Source of the DNA: Felis catus
Lineage: Eukaryota
NCBI RefSeq assembly: GCF_018350175.1
Contig: NC_058368.1
Location: 224,814,001-224,878,000 of the forward strand
Length of the DNA: 64,000 nucleotides
Direction of reading: 5' to 3'
Shown: positions 35,784 to 48,808 of the stretch, in pieces
Layout: each line of letters starts with the position of its first letter
How positions within the stretch are numbered: position 1 is the stretch's first letter
Position numbers and translations under genes: made by a program
Notes under the pieces: model-generated
Seen by the model: the letters and a program-made list of their open reading frames with translations, nothing else
The model's database searches: none
What the model was told of the DNA's origin: nothing

Positions 35784-36810
35784 TGAATCTGCTTCAGAAT
35801 CCCTTCCTCTGACCTTTAGAAAGTCCATCTTCACCCCCTCTGCAGGCGCACCTCGTTTTTCCTTCCTGCTGCGCACCCTACACGCCACGCGTGTTGAACT
35901 GCACGCTTACGGTTTGCCTTCCTGCCTTGCTTTTCCAGATCTGCTTTCTGTTGCCCGCCTGTTCCTCCTGCGTAAAATGTTCTCCCCTTCTTATTCATTT
36001 GTCCAGTCCTCCGGTATTCTTAAAGACTCAATCCAAGAAGCCTTCCTGGCCCTCGGATCACACATTTCAGAGCACCCTGTGTTTACGTCTGTCACCATAT
36101 CACAACTCCCACTTACAGATAACTCTCTTTGTTTTCACAGTTACAAGCTCCTGGAGGCTAGAGTCTGTGTCTCCTTTCTCTATTGTGCCTGGCTTCCCCC
36201 GGATCCAGAATGACCATGAACCGTGCCACATTATCACACATAAGCAGTCTTTCGTCCTTTGACTTAGTTTTGTTCCACTGTGATCAGACACAATGGAAGC
36301 TGTTAGGAATCTCATTTACACCTTGGTGCCTTCTTGCAAACACATCATCTTCAGCTCTATTTTGGTCAACTCTTTTTTTTTTTTTTTTTCAATCCATTTA
36401 TCTGCTCATCAGGAGAGATGAGAGTAATGGAAATAACATATTCTGTTTAGAGACTGGTTAATAACTGCTTCTATTTGATGGTGTGGTAGCAGCTTTGCAA
36501 TTGGAACCGAACTGCCTGCGCATTGATGGATGGCCCAATGTTTCCTCTCCTCCCCTGAAAAGGTTAGCTGTACTTTTAAAAGAGGCTTTTCAAGACCTCT
36601 GCCTGAACGCTTTGCGTAAGTTAATCAAGGATAATGGATAAAACATGATTTCATGTCACTACCGAATGCCCTGAATAACTCATTCCCATTTTTGTTCAAT
36701 TGAGCTTATACTGGGTGTATGGAATTGCATCGAATGAGCTTAGAAGCAGAAGCCATTATGCATTATGCTATGGCCGGGCTGTCAGTGAAGCCCTTATTAT
36801 GTTTCGTTCT

Positions 36811-37042
36811 TATTTATTTATTTTTTTTAATTTTTTTTTCAACGTTTATTTATTTTTGGGACAGAGAGAGACAGAGCACGAACGGGGGAGGGGCAGAGAG
36901 AGAGGGAGACACAGAATCGGAAACAGGCTCCAGGCTCCGAGCCATCAGCCCAGAGCCCAACGCGGGGCTCGAACTCACGGACTGCGAGATTGTGACCTGG
37001 CTGAAGTCGGACGCTTAACCGACTGCGCCACCCAGGCGCCCC
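36811..37042 (-). mobile_element. Can-SINE (young felid type)
   Basis: Perfect 16-bp TSD gtttcgttcttattta. Confidence 0.97.
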
Positions 37043-37701
37043 GTTTCGTTCTTATTTAAACGCAAGGGAAGATTTAACTTTTTAAATTTTTTGCAACAAA
37101 AATCTGACAAAATGGGGGGGGGGGGGGGAAGCCAGTCTTATATATAATGACAGCGATTCGTGAACCCTATTATGTCTTCTCATAGAGAAAAATGTCTATA
37201 ACTTGTGCAACGATAGTGGCTTTGAACCACCGTTATCGGAACTTGGTTAATCGTGTTCCTAAAACAAACCTATTCTCGAGTGTTAAGGCTTAGCCGGTCA
37301 AGAAATTCAGAGCCCTGCTTCTCTGCTTGACAACTTGGGATGGCAAACAAGAGACTGTATCCACACTCGCAATTTTATACCCCATGTTCTACTTCTTTGA
37401 AAGCGTAGGAATACTTTTAAAGATGAATGCACAGGATTTTTTTGTCTAGGTAAATGGCCCTATGGAGGGACCTACTGAAGGGGTGAAAACTTTCTCTGTC
37501 TACCTTTTCTGCTTTTTTCCCTTTTCCAACCGTTTCACTCTATAACAATGACGTCAGAGTCCAGGAAGGCATAACCAGAGAGTAGATGAATTTTTAACAC
37601 TGAGATAAATTCAGTCATTCGTTCCTAGAAGATGCGTTAGATGACTATGTTTTTAATCTACTGGCCTTGCCTACAAAGTGTTATTTGAAATGCTTAAGAC
37701 T

Positions 37702-37978
37702 TGTTTTTCGGGTGTGGAGTTTGGTGAGCTCTTTATAGATTTTGGATACTAGCCCTTTGTCCGATATGTCATTTGCAAATATCTTTTCCCATTCTGTTGG
37801 TTGCCTTTTAGTGTTGTTGGTTGTTTCCTTTGCTGTGCAGAAGCTTTTTATCTTCATAAGGTCCCAGTAGTTCATTTTTGCCGGGCACCTTTTGGGATGA
37901 GCACTGGGTGTTGTATGGAAACCAATTTGACAATAAATTTCATATATGGAAAAAAAAAAATTCCAAAAAAAAAAAAAA
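37702..37978 (+). mobile_element. Young felid L1, twin-primed (inverted ORF2 piece + 3' end)
   Basis: - strand ORF2 peptide [44 protein letters not shown]; + strand 3' end gggatgagcactgggtgttgtatggaaaccaatttgacaataaa, polyA; perfect 16-bp TSD tgaaatgcttaagact. Confidence 0.93.
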
Positions 37979-38630
37979 TGAAATGCTTAAGACTATTTGA
38001 TAGACTCTTTTGATTACGAATTTATTCTTTACTAATTTGCTTGTTTATTTGCATTAGACCTCCCCCAAAATCATGTCTATTATAAAAAGACAGGAATTTA
38101 TAGAGAACTTTGATAAATATTTGTTGAGTAAATAGTTTATACAAATTAGCGTACCTTTATCTATAATTCCATTTATCGTCTAAACAGGATTTACTTACTG
38201 TTCAGAGCCGATCACTTTGAGATGATATTTATTAGAGTTGCATGATCTGTTTATCAACTTAAATAAACACATAAACAAATAGTTTGCATTCTTGGCCTAA
38301 ACTTATGTCTGATGCTCTATTTTGAGTTGGTCGGATTTTCATGTTTTGAAATGACTAGTACATATAAAATAGTAATCACTATACCATTATTTATTCCTTT
38401 CTCTCTCCAGAGTCTAACAATAGTTATGTTTACATGTTCCAGTTACTTAAGTTCATGTTACAATTGCTTCCCATGTTTCTCCAATCTATCTTTTGCTCAT
38501 TGTTACTATTCATCTCATCTGAAAAGGAAACATTTTTTAAATAAGGAAACAGGCTGAGCATTTAATCTGCTCTCCATTTGTAGGTGTAGGTGGGTCTAAT
38601 CTCTAGAAATTTAAAGTTGTAAATATGCCA

Positions 38631-38830
38631 GGGCACCTGGGTGGCTCAGTCAGTTAAGCAGCGGACTTCGGCTCAAGTCATGATCTGGCGGTCCGTGAGT
38701 TTGAGTCCTGCATCAGGCTCTGTGCTGACAGTTCAGAGCCTGAAGCCAGCCTCAGACTCTGTGTCTCCCTCTCTCCGCCCCTCCCCTGCTCATGCTCTGT
38801 GTCTCTCTTTCAAAAATAAATAAACATTAC
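38631..38830 (+). mobile_element. Can-SINE
   Basis: TSD agttgtaaatatg. Confidence 0.95.
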
Positions 38831-38919
38831 ACTTTTTTTCAGTTGTAAATATGTAATGATTGATAAAATGTGGAAGTATTTTATATTTACACAAAGTCTA
38901 CTGACCAAGTTATATCTTT

Positions 38920-40780
38920 TTTTTTTTTTTTTTTACATCTATATTTTGTCTTTACCTAGTTCATTTGATGGTAGATGTTCTGTTTCAATCATTTTGGTAG
39001 TTTGCTATTAGTTTCATACCCATTTAGGATTATTATGTGTCTTGGAAGATTGAACTTCTTTACCGTTATGCTTTGCCTCTCTTTATCTCTGGCCATCTTT
39101 CCTGTTCTGAAACTGGCTTTGTCTGAAAATAATACAACTACTCCAGCTTTCTTTTGGTGAGTTGTAGCATAACATTTCTTTCTGGACCCCATCCCTTTAT
39201 TTTTAATCAATCTGGGTCTTTATAGTTAAAGTCGATTTCCAGTATATAACATAATCGTGTATGCTTCGTTTTCATATCCATTCTGTAGACCATTCATGTG
39301 TTAAATGATTATCAATAGAGTTGAGTTAATATCTACTATGTTTATGACTGTTTTCTATTCATACGTTATCCAATCACCACCTGTTTTTTCTGCCTTCTCT
39401 GGTTTTAACTGACATCGCACGTGATTTAGTTTCACCCTGTTCTCTTAGCATGTAAATTATACTGCTTTACACATTTTGACTGGTTGCCCTAGAGTGTTCA
39501 ATGCACATTTGTAACTAATCTAAGTCCTCTTTCAATTAACGCTTTAACTCCACCTATAGTACAGGTGCCTTATGACTCAGTATTGTCAATTTCTCCTGCC
39601 ACCCCTTTGCTTTCATTTATTTTACTAATCCATATGCTTTGATCACCCAATGTATTTTATTATCGTCCAGTGTATTATTATTATTGCCGCAAAAAAAGTT
39701 GCCTTTTTGATCAATTAAAAATAAGAAAAATAGACGTTAGTCTTACCTCCATTTATTTCTTTTCCAAAGTTTATCCTTTCAAGATTTTTTTCTCCCTATA
39801 TCCTTGACTTTCTTCAGTTTAGATATGCTATACCTATACGTGAGGGCTTTTTTGGTTTTGGTTTTGGTTTTGGTTTAGACTTTGGCATTTATCATGGTTG
39901 ATGGTTTTTTTCAGCTTCCTAGGCCTTTGTTTTGGTGTCTGTTACTAATTTTGGCAAGATTTTGGCCATTACTATTTCAAATATTTCTTCTGTTCTATTT
40001 TCTTTCTTCACTTTCTGATATTCTAATTGCATGTTATACTTCTGTCTTCTTTTACACACTTCTATCTTCTTCCACAGTTCTTGGATGTTCTGTCTTGTGT
40101 TTTTGTTCCTTTGTTTTTCTGTTTGTCATTTTATTCTTCTTTCTCTTTGTATTTCAGGTTGGTAAATACAAATTGAACTACCCGCAAACTCATTGATGCT
40201 TTCCTCAGGTATGCTGAATCTACTGATGATCTCCCTAAAGACATTCTTCATTTCTACTATGGTATTTTTCATCCATTGCCTTTTGGTTCTTGCTTAGTAT
40301 TTCCTGTCTTTTCTGCTTATGTTACCCATATATACTTGCATATTGTTTATTTTTTTTTCCATTAAAGCCCTTGGTGTTTTAATCACAGTTATTTTAAATC
40401 CCTTGTCTGATCATTCCAACATCTGCACCTTATCGCTGATTCTGGCACTTGCTTTGTCTCTTCGAACTGTCTTTTTTTTTTCCCCCTTGCCTTTGGGCTT
40501 GCCCTTTAATTTTTGTTGCAAGCCGGGCGTGCTGTATTAGGTAATAAGAACTAGGATAAATAGTCCTTTATCATGAGGAGTTACCTTATCCTGACTGGGA
40601 GTTGTGATTTGCTATAGCTAGAGGTGACAGGGGCTTCAAATTCCTCTAGTTTCCTTGTTTTTGTGTCCACTCTGGTCTTTGGGCTTCCCTAAATACTCCT
40701 CCTCAGAAAGATTGTGTCTTGCAGCTTTTTTTATTTTTTTAGCTGTAATTCACCACTCCTACCTGGTAGCCCTGTTGTAG
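38920..40780 (-). mobile_element. Old L1M fragment (ORF1 to ORF2 EN)
   Basis: ORF 38989-39210 is EN-like (QKKAGVVVLFSDKASFRTGKMARDKE..ITVK); ORF1-like antisense 39.8-40.5 kb. Confidence 0.8.
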
Positions 40781-41129
40781 ATAATCACCAGTATTTTTAA
40801 TTCCTATTTCAAGATATAGACTTAAAAATTACATCCCACAATGCTTCTTGTTGAGGTGTTCTCGGAAATTTTCACTTGGAAAATTGAAATTGTCAATTTT
40901 ACTCACCCTCTCTTCTTTCTGAAAATCATCCTCTATCTTTCCAGGACATTCCAAACTTAATTCTATTAAGTCACTTCAAGTTTCTTCTCGCCATACAACC
41001 ATGGAAATTCCAATTTATCCATGAATTCCGATTACCTATGTATTCACTGACAACAATTCTCCCACAGTTGTAGACAATGATTTAGGATTTCTTTCCTCTC
41101 GTCCTAGTCTATTATTGCTTATGAGATAC

Positions 41130-41456
41130 ATTTGCAAACTTAAAATGCATATTTTTATGATCTACAATCCCATGCTTTACAAGATATTCTCAAAGTTGTT
41201 CAGTAATCACCACTGTCTAATCTGACAATATTTCATTAGCCAAAAAATAAAAATACATTCAGTAGCCATTAGCAATACATCAAAATTCCTCCCTCCATCT
41301 TGACCCCATCAAGCACTAATCTACTTTCTGTCTATACACATCTGCCTGTACTGTTCATATAAATGGAATCATGCAATGTGTGATCATTTGTGTTCAGCTC
41401 CTTATATTTAGCGGTAATGTTTTCCAAGGTTTATCCGTGTTGTAATATAAATCAGT

Positions 41457-41503
<47 letters not shown>

Positions 41504-42680
41504 GTGAATAATATCCCATTGTATGGGTACACCATATTGTGTCTACCCATTGTATCAGTTGATGGATATTTTAGTTGTTCCCTCCTTTTGGTCATCATGA
41601 ATAATACCACTATGATCATTCATGTCCAAGATTTTGTGTGGACATGTGTCCATTGCTGGGTCACATGATAACTCTATGTTTAATATTTCGAAGAACTACC
41701 AAAATGCTTTCTGAAGTGGTTGCACCATTTTAAAACTTAATCGGCAATGTATGAGGATTTTGATTTCTCCACATTCTTGCCAACATTTGTTATTTTTTGG
41801 TTTCTTTATTGTTAGCCATCCTAGTGGATAGAAAGTGGTATGTACTTTTAATTTGTATTTCCCTAATGACTGACAATGTTGAGCAATTTTTCATGTGATT
41901 GCTGGCCAGTTGCATATCTTCTCTGGAGAAAGATATTATATATTAAATCCTTGACCCATTTTTTATTCCATTTTTTTTGTCTTTTTGCTGTTGAGTTTTA
42001 GGAATTTTTAATATAGTCTGTATATAACAGTTTCTTAATAAATAAATGGCTTGCAAATATTTTCTCCTCTTCCATGGTTTGTCTTTTCAATTTCTAGATG
42101 GTATCTTTTGAAGTACAAAATTTTAAATTTTGATGAAGTCCAAATAATTTATTTGTTTTTTCTTCTATTTGCTTGTGCTTTTGGTGTCATAGCTTAACCA
42201 ACAACAACAACAACAAACTTTTATCTAACCCAAGGCACAAAGATTTATTTCTTCAAAGACATTCTCTTCTTAGTGTTTTCTTCTAAGGGAGTTTTATAAT
42301 TTTAGCCCTTAGATCTGTGATCAATTTTGAGTTAACTTGTATATAACATGTGAGGAAAGAGTCCAACTTTATTCTTTTGCATGTGGATTTTCCAGTTATC
42401 TCAGCCACATTCTTTCTATCCTTGCCTCATTGAATTGTCTTGGAATACTTGCTGAAAGTCAATTGACCAAAAATGTAAGTTTATTTTCTCCTGGACTCAC
42501 AATTGTGTTGTATTGATTAATATGTCTATTCTTTTGCCAATATCACACTGTCTTGATTATTTAGCTTTGTGCTAAGTTTTGAAATCTGGAAGCATGAGTC
42601 CTCCAAATTTGTTCCTATTTTTCAAGATAGTTTTAGCTATTCTGAGTCCTATCTGTTTCTAATCAATTTTAGAAATATGA
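41130..42680 (-). mobile_element. L1MB-like fragment (ORF2 end + 3'UTR) with (TTTC)n
   Basis: cactaatctactttctgtctat, aatggaatcatgcaatgtg, ttgcaccatttt, ttgatgaagtccaa, aagtcaattgacc. Confidence 0.85.
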
Positions 42681-43281
42681 AGGGAGCGTGATTATTGTAC
42701 TGAATACAACACAGAAGTGTTAACCTTTTCTCTACAACTCACCCTAATTTCCATTTCAAACTCCTGAGTGGATTAATAATAATATTCTTCACCAAACTCC
42801 ACCAAATATTCGTGGTCCAACTCCGGACCAAAATAATAATCTTGGTCAATTTGTGTCTGTGTAGCCTTTCCCGGGTTTTGTTTAAAATTCCTTATATATT
42901 GGCAAGTTTTGCTTGTGTTTTTGTTTTGAGGTAGGGGAATGACATCTTGCCTCATAGCCACCACCTATCCATGATGGTACCTGCTGACACACAGTCCCTT
43001 CCAGTTTATATGCCCACAGAGGTCACCCTTTGTTGCTCATTTCTTTCTTAAAGTGTCTAGATTGAGAATGACTCCCTCCCTCTTCCTGTTTTTCCTCTCT
43101 GGCACATAGGGGTTTATCTCCCTGCTCACAGTTCACATTGGGCTATGAAAAACTCTTCAAGAATATTCAGGAATCCCTTGCAGCTGTTTCTACTCTGAAA
43201 CGTATCTGTCTAATGGGTTGTCCTCAGGGATCCTGACTTAGGTCTTTATACACACAGCTCCCACAAACTGATCTCCTGGTA

Positions 43282-43359
43282 TTTCTAGTATCTTTGTCCA
43301 TTGGATCTGGACCCACAGAGTTTCCAGTATCTTTGTCCATTGGATCCAAACCCATGGAG
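43282..43359. repeat. 39-bp tandem duplication (2 copies)
   Basis: tttctagtatctttgtccattggatctggacccacagag / tttccagtatctttgtccattggatccaaacccatggag. Confidence 0.9.
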
Positions 43360-44133
43360 TTTTATTCAGAGTATGGAGATCCTTTTGAGGCACTTATAAG
43401 ATTTTCAGATATGCTCACTTATCCTTTGACTCACTCTGCTTCCTTTCCAACAACCTGAAAAATCTCCATCTAGACTTTCAATTCAAAGTGTTTTTTCTAA
43501 ATCTCAAGTCCAATCAGGCCCTAGTTGTTTGACACTCAAAGTCTTCTATGTGTTTCCTGTAATATCTTAGTTTCCCTGAGACATACTGTCTTATAATGTA
43601 AGCAACTGAAGGTGGTGAAAAGAAAATGCTAAAGAGAAAAAAAGTTAACATTTCAATATCTTATTCCTACACAAAGTACACCAACGAGATGCCTATTTGT
43701 GTATCAAGAATAGGAAGCCGCATGCACTAACTAAAAAAATAAGTGACTCATGCATTGGAATTATTTTAAAAAAATAATATTGGGGTCAAATGCAAAAAGG
43801 AACATAACAGCTTCCTTCACCTAATTACCAGATCTGGTCTGGAGCTTGTGACAGACAAGCCACCTCATAGAATGAGATACCAATGTTGGTCTTCTTTTAA
43901 TGGGCACTTGTCTGCAGAGATCTACTGGTATTGGGGGTAAAGTCAGTTGTTGTATTTGTTTGTTGAAAGATGTAGAAGAGTTATTCCACGTACCAGTGTG
44001 ATTACTTTTGTGTTCTCTATTATCAAAGAGTTCTTTTGGGAAAACCTAGTTCAAATCAGGTAGTTAGCGAGTTAGCTAGTTCTAATTAGCTGGCTAGTTC
44101 TACTCATGAGACAACTAGAAAAATATATAGATA

Positions 44134-44358
44134 GGGGCGCCTGGGTGGCTCAGTCGGTTAAGTGTCCGACTTCAGCTCAGGTCATGATCTCGCGGTCCGT
44201 GAGTTCGAGCCCTGAGTCGGGCTCTGGGCTGATGGCTCAGAGCCTGGAGCCTGCTTCCGATTCTGTGTCTCCCTCTCTCTCTGTCCCTCCCCCATTCATG
44301 CTCTGTCTCTCTCTGTCTCAAAAATAAATAAACGTTAAAAAAAAATTAAAAAAAAAAG
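44134..44358 (+). mobile_element. Can-SINE
   Basis: TSD aaata(t/c)atagata. Confidence 0.95.
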
Positions 44359-46804
44359 AAATACATAGATAGTGTTATCTTCTTAAAACCAATAAATCAC
44401 AGACTAGAATCACATGATGCATCTGGAAAGTTTTTCTTTCAGATTCGAAGGATTCCTTGATCACTGTTGTGAGTGCAACAAACTTCCTTTAAACCCCAGA
44501 AATCATTACAACTTCATTAACTATTATGAATAATTTGATAATAATTTGATAATGAGTACACTGTCATTTTTTATAGAACAGTTGGCCTTCCACAGTCAAA
44601 ATTTCAATTACGAGAAACGCTAAGATATATTTGTTCTTTTGCAACCAAAGACAAAACTTACGCGATAATTTAAAGTAGCTTATTTTCAGCCTAGCAGAAA
44701 GAGTAGAAATGTCAGAATCCCTTAGTAAGCTTCATATGCTACCTGGATGAACATAGTAATAAATGGTGGCTTATTAGAAAATTTTCATCTCGGATAAAGC
44801 AATTTTAGAAGGGAAGTTTTATTATTCTATTTCATAATAAAACATATTTCCAAAAATAAATATGCAAGCATTTTACTTGAAGACATTATCTTGTAACAGT
44901 TGAGCGATTCTTTCTGTGGCCAACAGTCCTCTAATGATACTGACAGAAGCGAAACAGATGTTGTTAATTTGTCTTAAAATAAGTTGCAATAACCATGGTG
45001 ACGTCATGAAAACTGGTCCTTATAACACAGTCAATGTCCACATCTGAAAGAATACAGTTTGAAAAATTCTGGTGTGTTCAACCCTTATTTTCTCCACAAA
45101 TGGTAATAATACTGGAGTTTTTCGCCCTTTGCTGTTACCACATGGCTGTAACATACAGAATTGTAATGCTGTTTAGATGTAAAACAAAGGCCAGAAAACA
45201 CTTTCAAATAGAAATGTTGGCATGTACGTAGCCATTCTATTCAAAGTTTCCCTTGCTTAAACATCATTGAAGAAAAGCTCCAGGAAAATCGCTATGTAAG
45301 TTTTATGTCTGTTTAACCTTATTTTGAAAGTAAAAGGAAGTCCATTATGTAACTGTAGGCTACATCTTAGTGTAAATAACTACATTCTCTTTAAGAATGA
45401 GAGCAATAGACAAAATTTACAGATATAGAAACTAAAGTGCTGAACATGACATAATTTCTCAAGGCGACAGCATAAATTGTTGATAGAGGACGAAACAAAT
45501 TCCAGATGCTGTACTGCCTCCGTGATACAATAATGCTTATTCAAACATCCGTGATAAGTGACAAATGGTATCCCCAGTGTTCGTTGAATAGCAATGTAAA
45601 GCTCTAACGTGTTCATGGAATTTCTATACTGGATGGAAGATCTAAAATAATACAAAGCAATTATTTTTCTCTGAAAAATAGGCAGAACCCAGTCTGCAAC
45701 TGGCCCCTTAACAAAACTCCAGCTATCAAAACTTAAATGTTTCCTATTTTCAAATTTATCTGCAAAGCAATAGATTTCTCAAATGATGATGGTCCTAACC
45801 AGGCATACTCCTACACTACAGAAAGCACAGTGATGATTCAATAAGGAGAAAATCTCTGTAAAATATTGGAGGTTAAACCCCAGCAAGTTGTCTTCTGAAA
45901 GGAGCTACATTTTCCTATTACCAATAACTATGTCATCGAGCATCCTAAATGCTTAAAGTTTATATCCCTCTGGCATCCTTATATGTTCCTGGGTGTTATA
46001 AATATCGCCAGTGTATTAATCATGTCTCAGTTTTCATGAGAAACTTGGACCCAAAATTTGCTTAACATGAGAACATGCCCTAAACCCCTTCAAGAAGGTG
46101 CTATTTGTGTCCTGGGAGTGCTGCTAAAAAGGTGGGCCACCGTTTGCTGTGGTCCCGTTCGCCATGATGGTAATTTGAGAAGGAGCACATGGTGTGGCGA
46201 TTGTCCAGAGAACAAAAGACTGTCCAAATAGGTAATCAATCTGCTGGGGCCTGGCAGACAGAAAGCTTCCAAGTAATGATGTCAATGGCAGAGGAATCCG
46301 GGAAACCAGACTGAAGAGAGGGTTCCAAGCAGATGGTGAGAGTTGTAGCCACCTGGAATAATTCTCTGAGTCAATTAGCAAGTACCCATAGTGGATTTGG
46401 GGGTAATTCTTCAAGCTACTGAAAGGAAAATGTCTGCCTCAAGAATACAGTTCGGATTTCAAAGTGAGGGAGAAAGACTTTTAAATGGGTTCTTCCTTTT
46501 TATTCCTTCTTTCTGCTCCCTTCTGCCATCACTTCATTCCCCACTCAGCTTAGGCTCCACGAATGACCACCTGCACTTCTTCTCGCAAAAACTCCCATCG
46601 AACTTGCAAATATTTCCTTATGTTACAACCACGGATGCAGAGTAGCACTGGCTCCACTCCTGAATTTAGGATCCCAGCCCTCTACAGGAGAAGGAATAAC
46701 CCAAGATTGTGGTTAATACAGATGTTCATCCTCTGATCTGACCCCTGACAATAATCGATCAGGTGTTTCCTTGTCTTTCACCAATTTCCTCTACTAAAAA
46801 ACAA

Positions 46805-47355
46805 TTTTATTTTATTTACTTATTTTGAAATTATTCTACTTTGTATTTTTAGTCATGCATCGGTGATGTACCATTGTCTCAGCTGCAGATGTACAATGCA
46901 GTGATTCCATATTTGTATATGCTGCAAAACGATCACCAGGATATATCTAGTTAACACGTGCCAGATAGTAGTCACCCTCTGTAGTTACAAACTTTTCTTC
47001 TTGCTATGAGGACTTTCAAGTTCTGTTCTCTTAGCAACTTTCAAATATGCAACAGGGTATTATTAACTGTGGTCGCCATGCTGTACATTACATCCCAAGG
47101 CTTATTTTATACCCTGCAAGTTTGTGCCTCTTGACTGCCTTCACCATTTCTCTCATCCCCCACTCCCCTATCTCTGACAACCTCCAGTTTATTCTCTGTA
47201 TCTATGAGCCTGTTTTTTGTTTTGTTTTGTTTTGTTTTGGGGTGGGGGTTGTTTTTGTTTGTTTTCACTTTCCACATATAAGTGAGATCACATGGTATTT
47301 GCCTTTTTCCGTCAGACTTACTGCATTTAGCACAACACCCTTGAGGTCCATCGTG
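46805..47355 (-). mobile_element. Carnivore/L1MA-type L1 3' end
   Basis: gtacaatgcagtgattccatattt..cttagcaactttcaaatatgcaac..ttccacatataagtgagatcacatggtatttgcc. Confidence 0.85.
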
Positions 47356-48171
47356 TGGTCAAAACTTTGCCCTTCTATGGATCCCCCACACTGACCCTTA
47401 CCAACTAATTCTCAGTTGAAGGACCGTTTCTATGACCTCCTTTACCATTGTACCTCCAAGGCCTATGTCTTTACATCTGGCCTATGCTTGTAGGCTTTCT
47501 TCTAGTTTCTGAAGGGAGAATGTGTCTCTTCATATACAAGATCAACATTGTGTTTTTAATCCCAACCATATCATCTGCTCCCGGAACTAGCATCCTTCCT
47601 TTTTGCTCAAGCATTCATTCTTCCTCTTTTTGGAGACATTCCTTCAACTTGTAAATTTGCTGCAGGTGTCTTAGACCTAAAACACACCAAAAACAAAAAC
47701 AAACTGTAAATACCTTTTTGCTCTTGGGTCAGAGTTTCCCTTGAGCTACTGTCCTTTCTCCTTCCTTCTTCATGTGAAATCTTCAAGGAAAAGTCTCTGG
47801 GTTCTCACTTCTCGATTAATTCATTTCCACATGCAAAACAAAGTTATGCTCCCCAAAACTACTCTTGCTAGGATAAGAAAGGACTTTCTAACTGCCAAAT
47901 CATGCACTACACTTAAATCCTAGGTGCTATGTTTAACTCTTTTCTTTTGGATTGCCCAGTTCACTCTATGACACTCTCCTTGTCTCCCTGATTCATCCTT
48001 CCCAGGTTTCTTGAGATCCTACTTTGACATTATTCACCATGTAAACATTGCTCTTGCCCCATGATTCTGTTCTCAGCCCACTTCAATCTCCTCTTACATG
48101 TCAGTCTTTATGTCAAGGCAAACTCTTCCATCATAAGACCCTTACTTCAAATTTTCTACATGCTGATGACT

Positions 48172-48808
48172 ATGTACATCAGTCAGGGTTATCCAGAAAA
48201 ACAAAATCAAGCAGATTTGTGTATATATATGGAAAGAAAGATTTGTCTTAAGGGACTGCTTCACATGATTGTGGGTGTGAAGTTCAAACTCTGTAGGGTT
48301 AGGACTGCAAGCTGGAGACCCAGGAAGAGCTGAGGTCCAAGTCTTCAGGCAGTCTATTGGCAAGATTTCCCTCTTGCTTGTGGAAGGTACATTTTTTTGT
48401 TGTTGTTCTATTCAGGCCTTTACTGATTGGATGAGGCCCACCAATACTACAGAGAATAATCTGTGTCATTCGAAGCCCACCGATTTATTCAGTTTTTTTT
48501 TAACATTTATTTATTTTTGACAGACAGAAAGAGAGCACAAACTGGGGAGGGGCAGAGAGAGGGAGACACAGAATCCAAAGCAGGCTCCAGTCTCTGAGCT
48601 GTCAGCACAGAGCCGGATGCAGGGCTCGAACCCATGAACCGTGAGGTCATGACCAGAGCTAAAGTCAGATGTTTAACCAACTGAGCCACCCAGGCACCCC
48701 TAAGTCCACCAATCTAAATGTTAATCTCATCCCAAACATACCTTTACAGAGGCATTCAGAATACTATTTCACCAAATATCTTGGCCCAGCCAAGATTAAC
48801 TATCACAC
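48172..48808 (-). mobile_element. MLT2-type ERVL solo LTR
   Basis: tgtacatcagtcagggttatccagaaaaac..cacatgattgtggg..ctgattggatgaggcccacc..ggcccagccaag..aactatcaca. Confidence 0.85.
48493..48700 (-). mobile_element. Can-SINE nested in MLT2
   Basis: Reverse SINE; TSD-like aagcccaccgattta / aagtccaccaatcta. Confidence 0.95.

Noticed and set aside
35749..36213. Longest ORF in the window (154 aa)
   Set aside because: Non-ATG start, overlaps a tandem duplication and L2-like relic sequence, no recognisable domain.
40907..40918. Possible 12-nt minus-strand microexon (AG|AAAGAAGAGAGG|GTGAGT)
   Set aside because: The donor is good but the upstream region is purine-rich with no polypyrimidine tract; likely chance.
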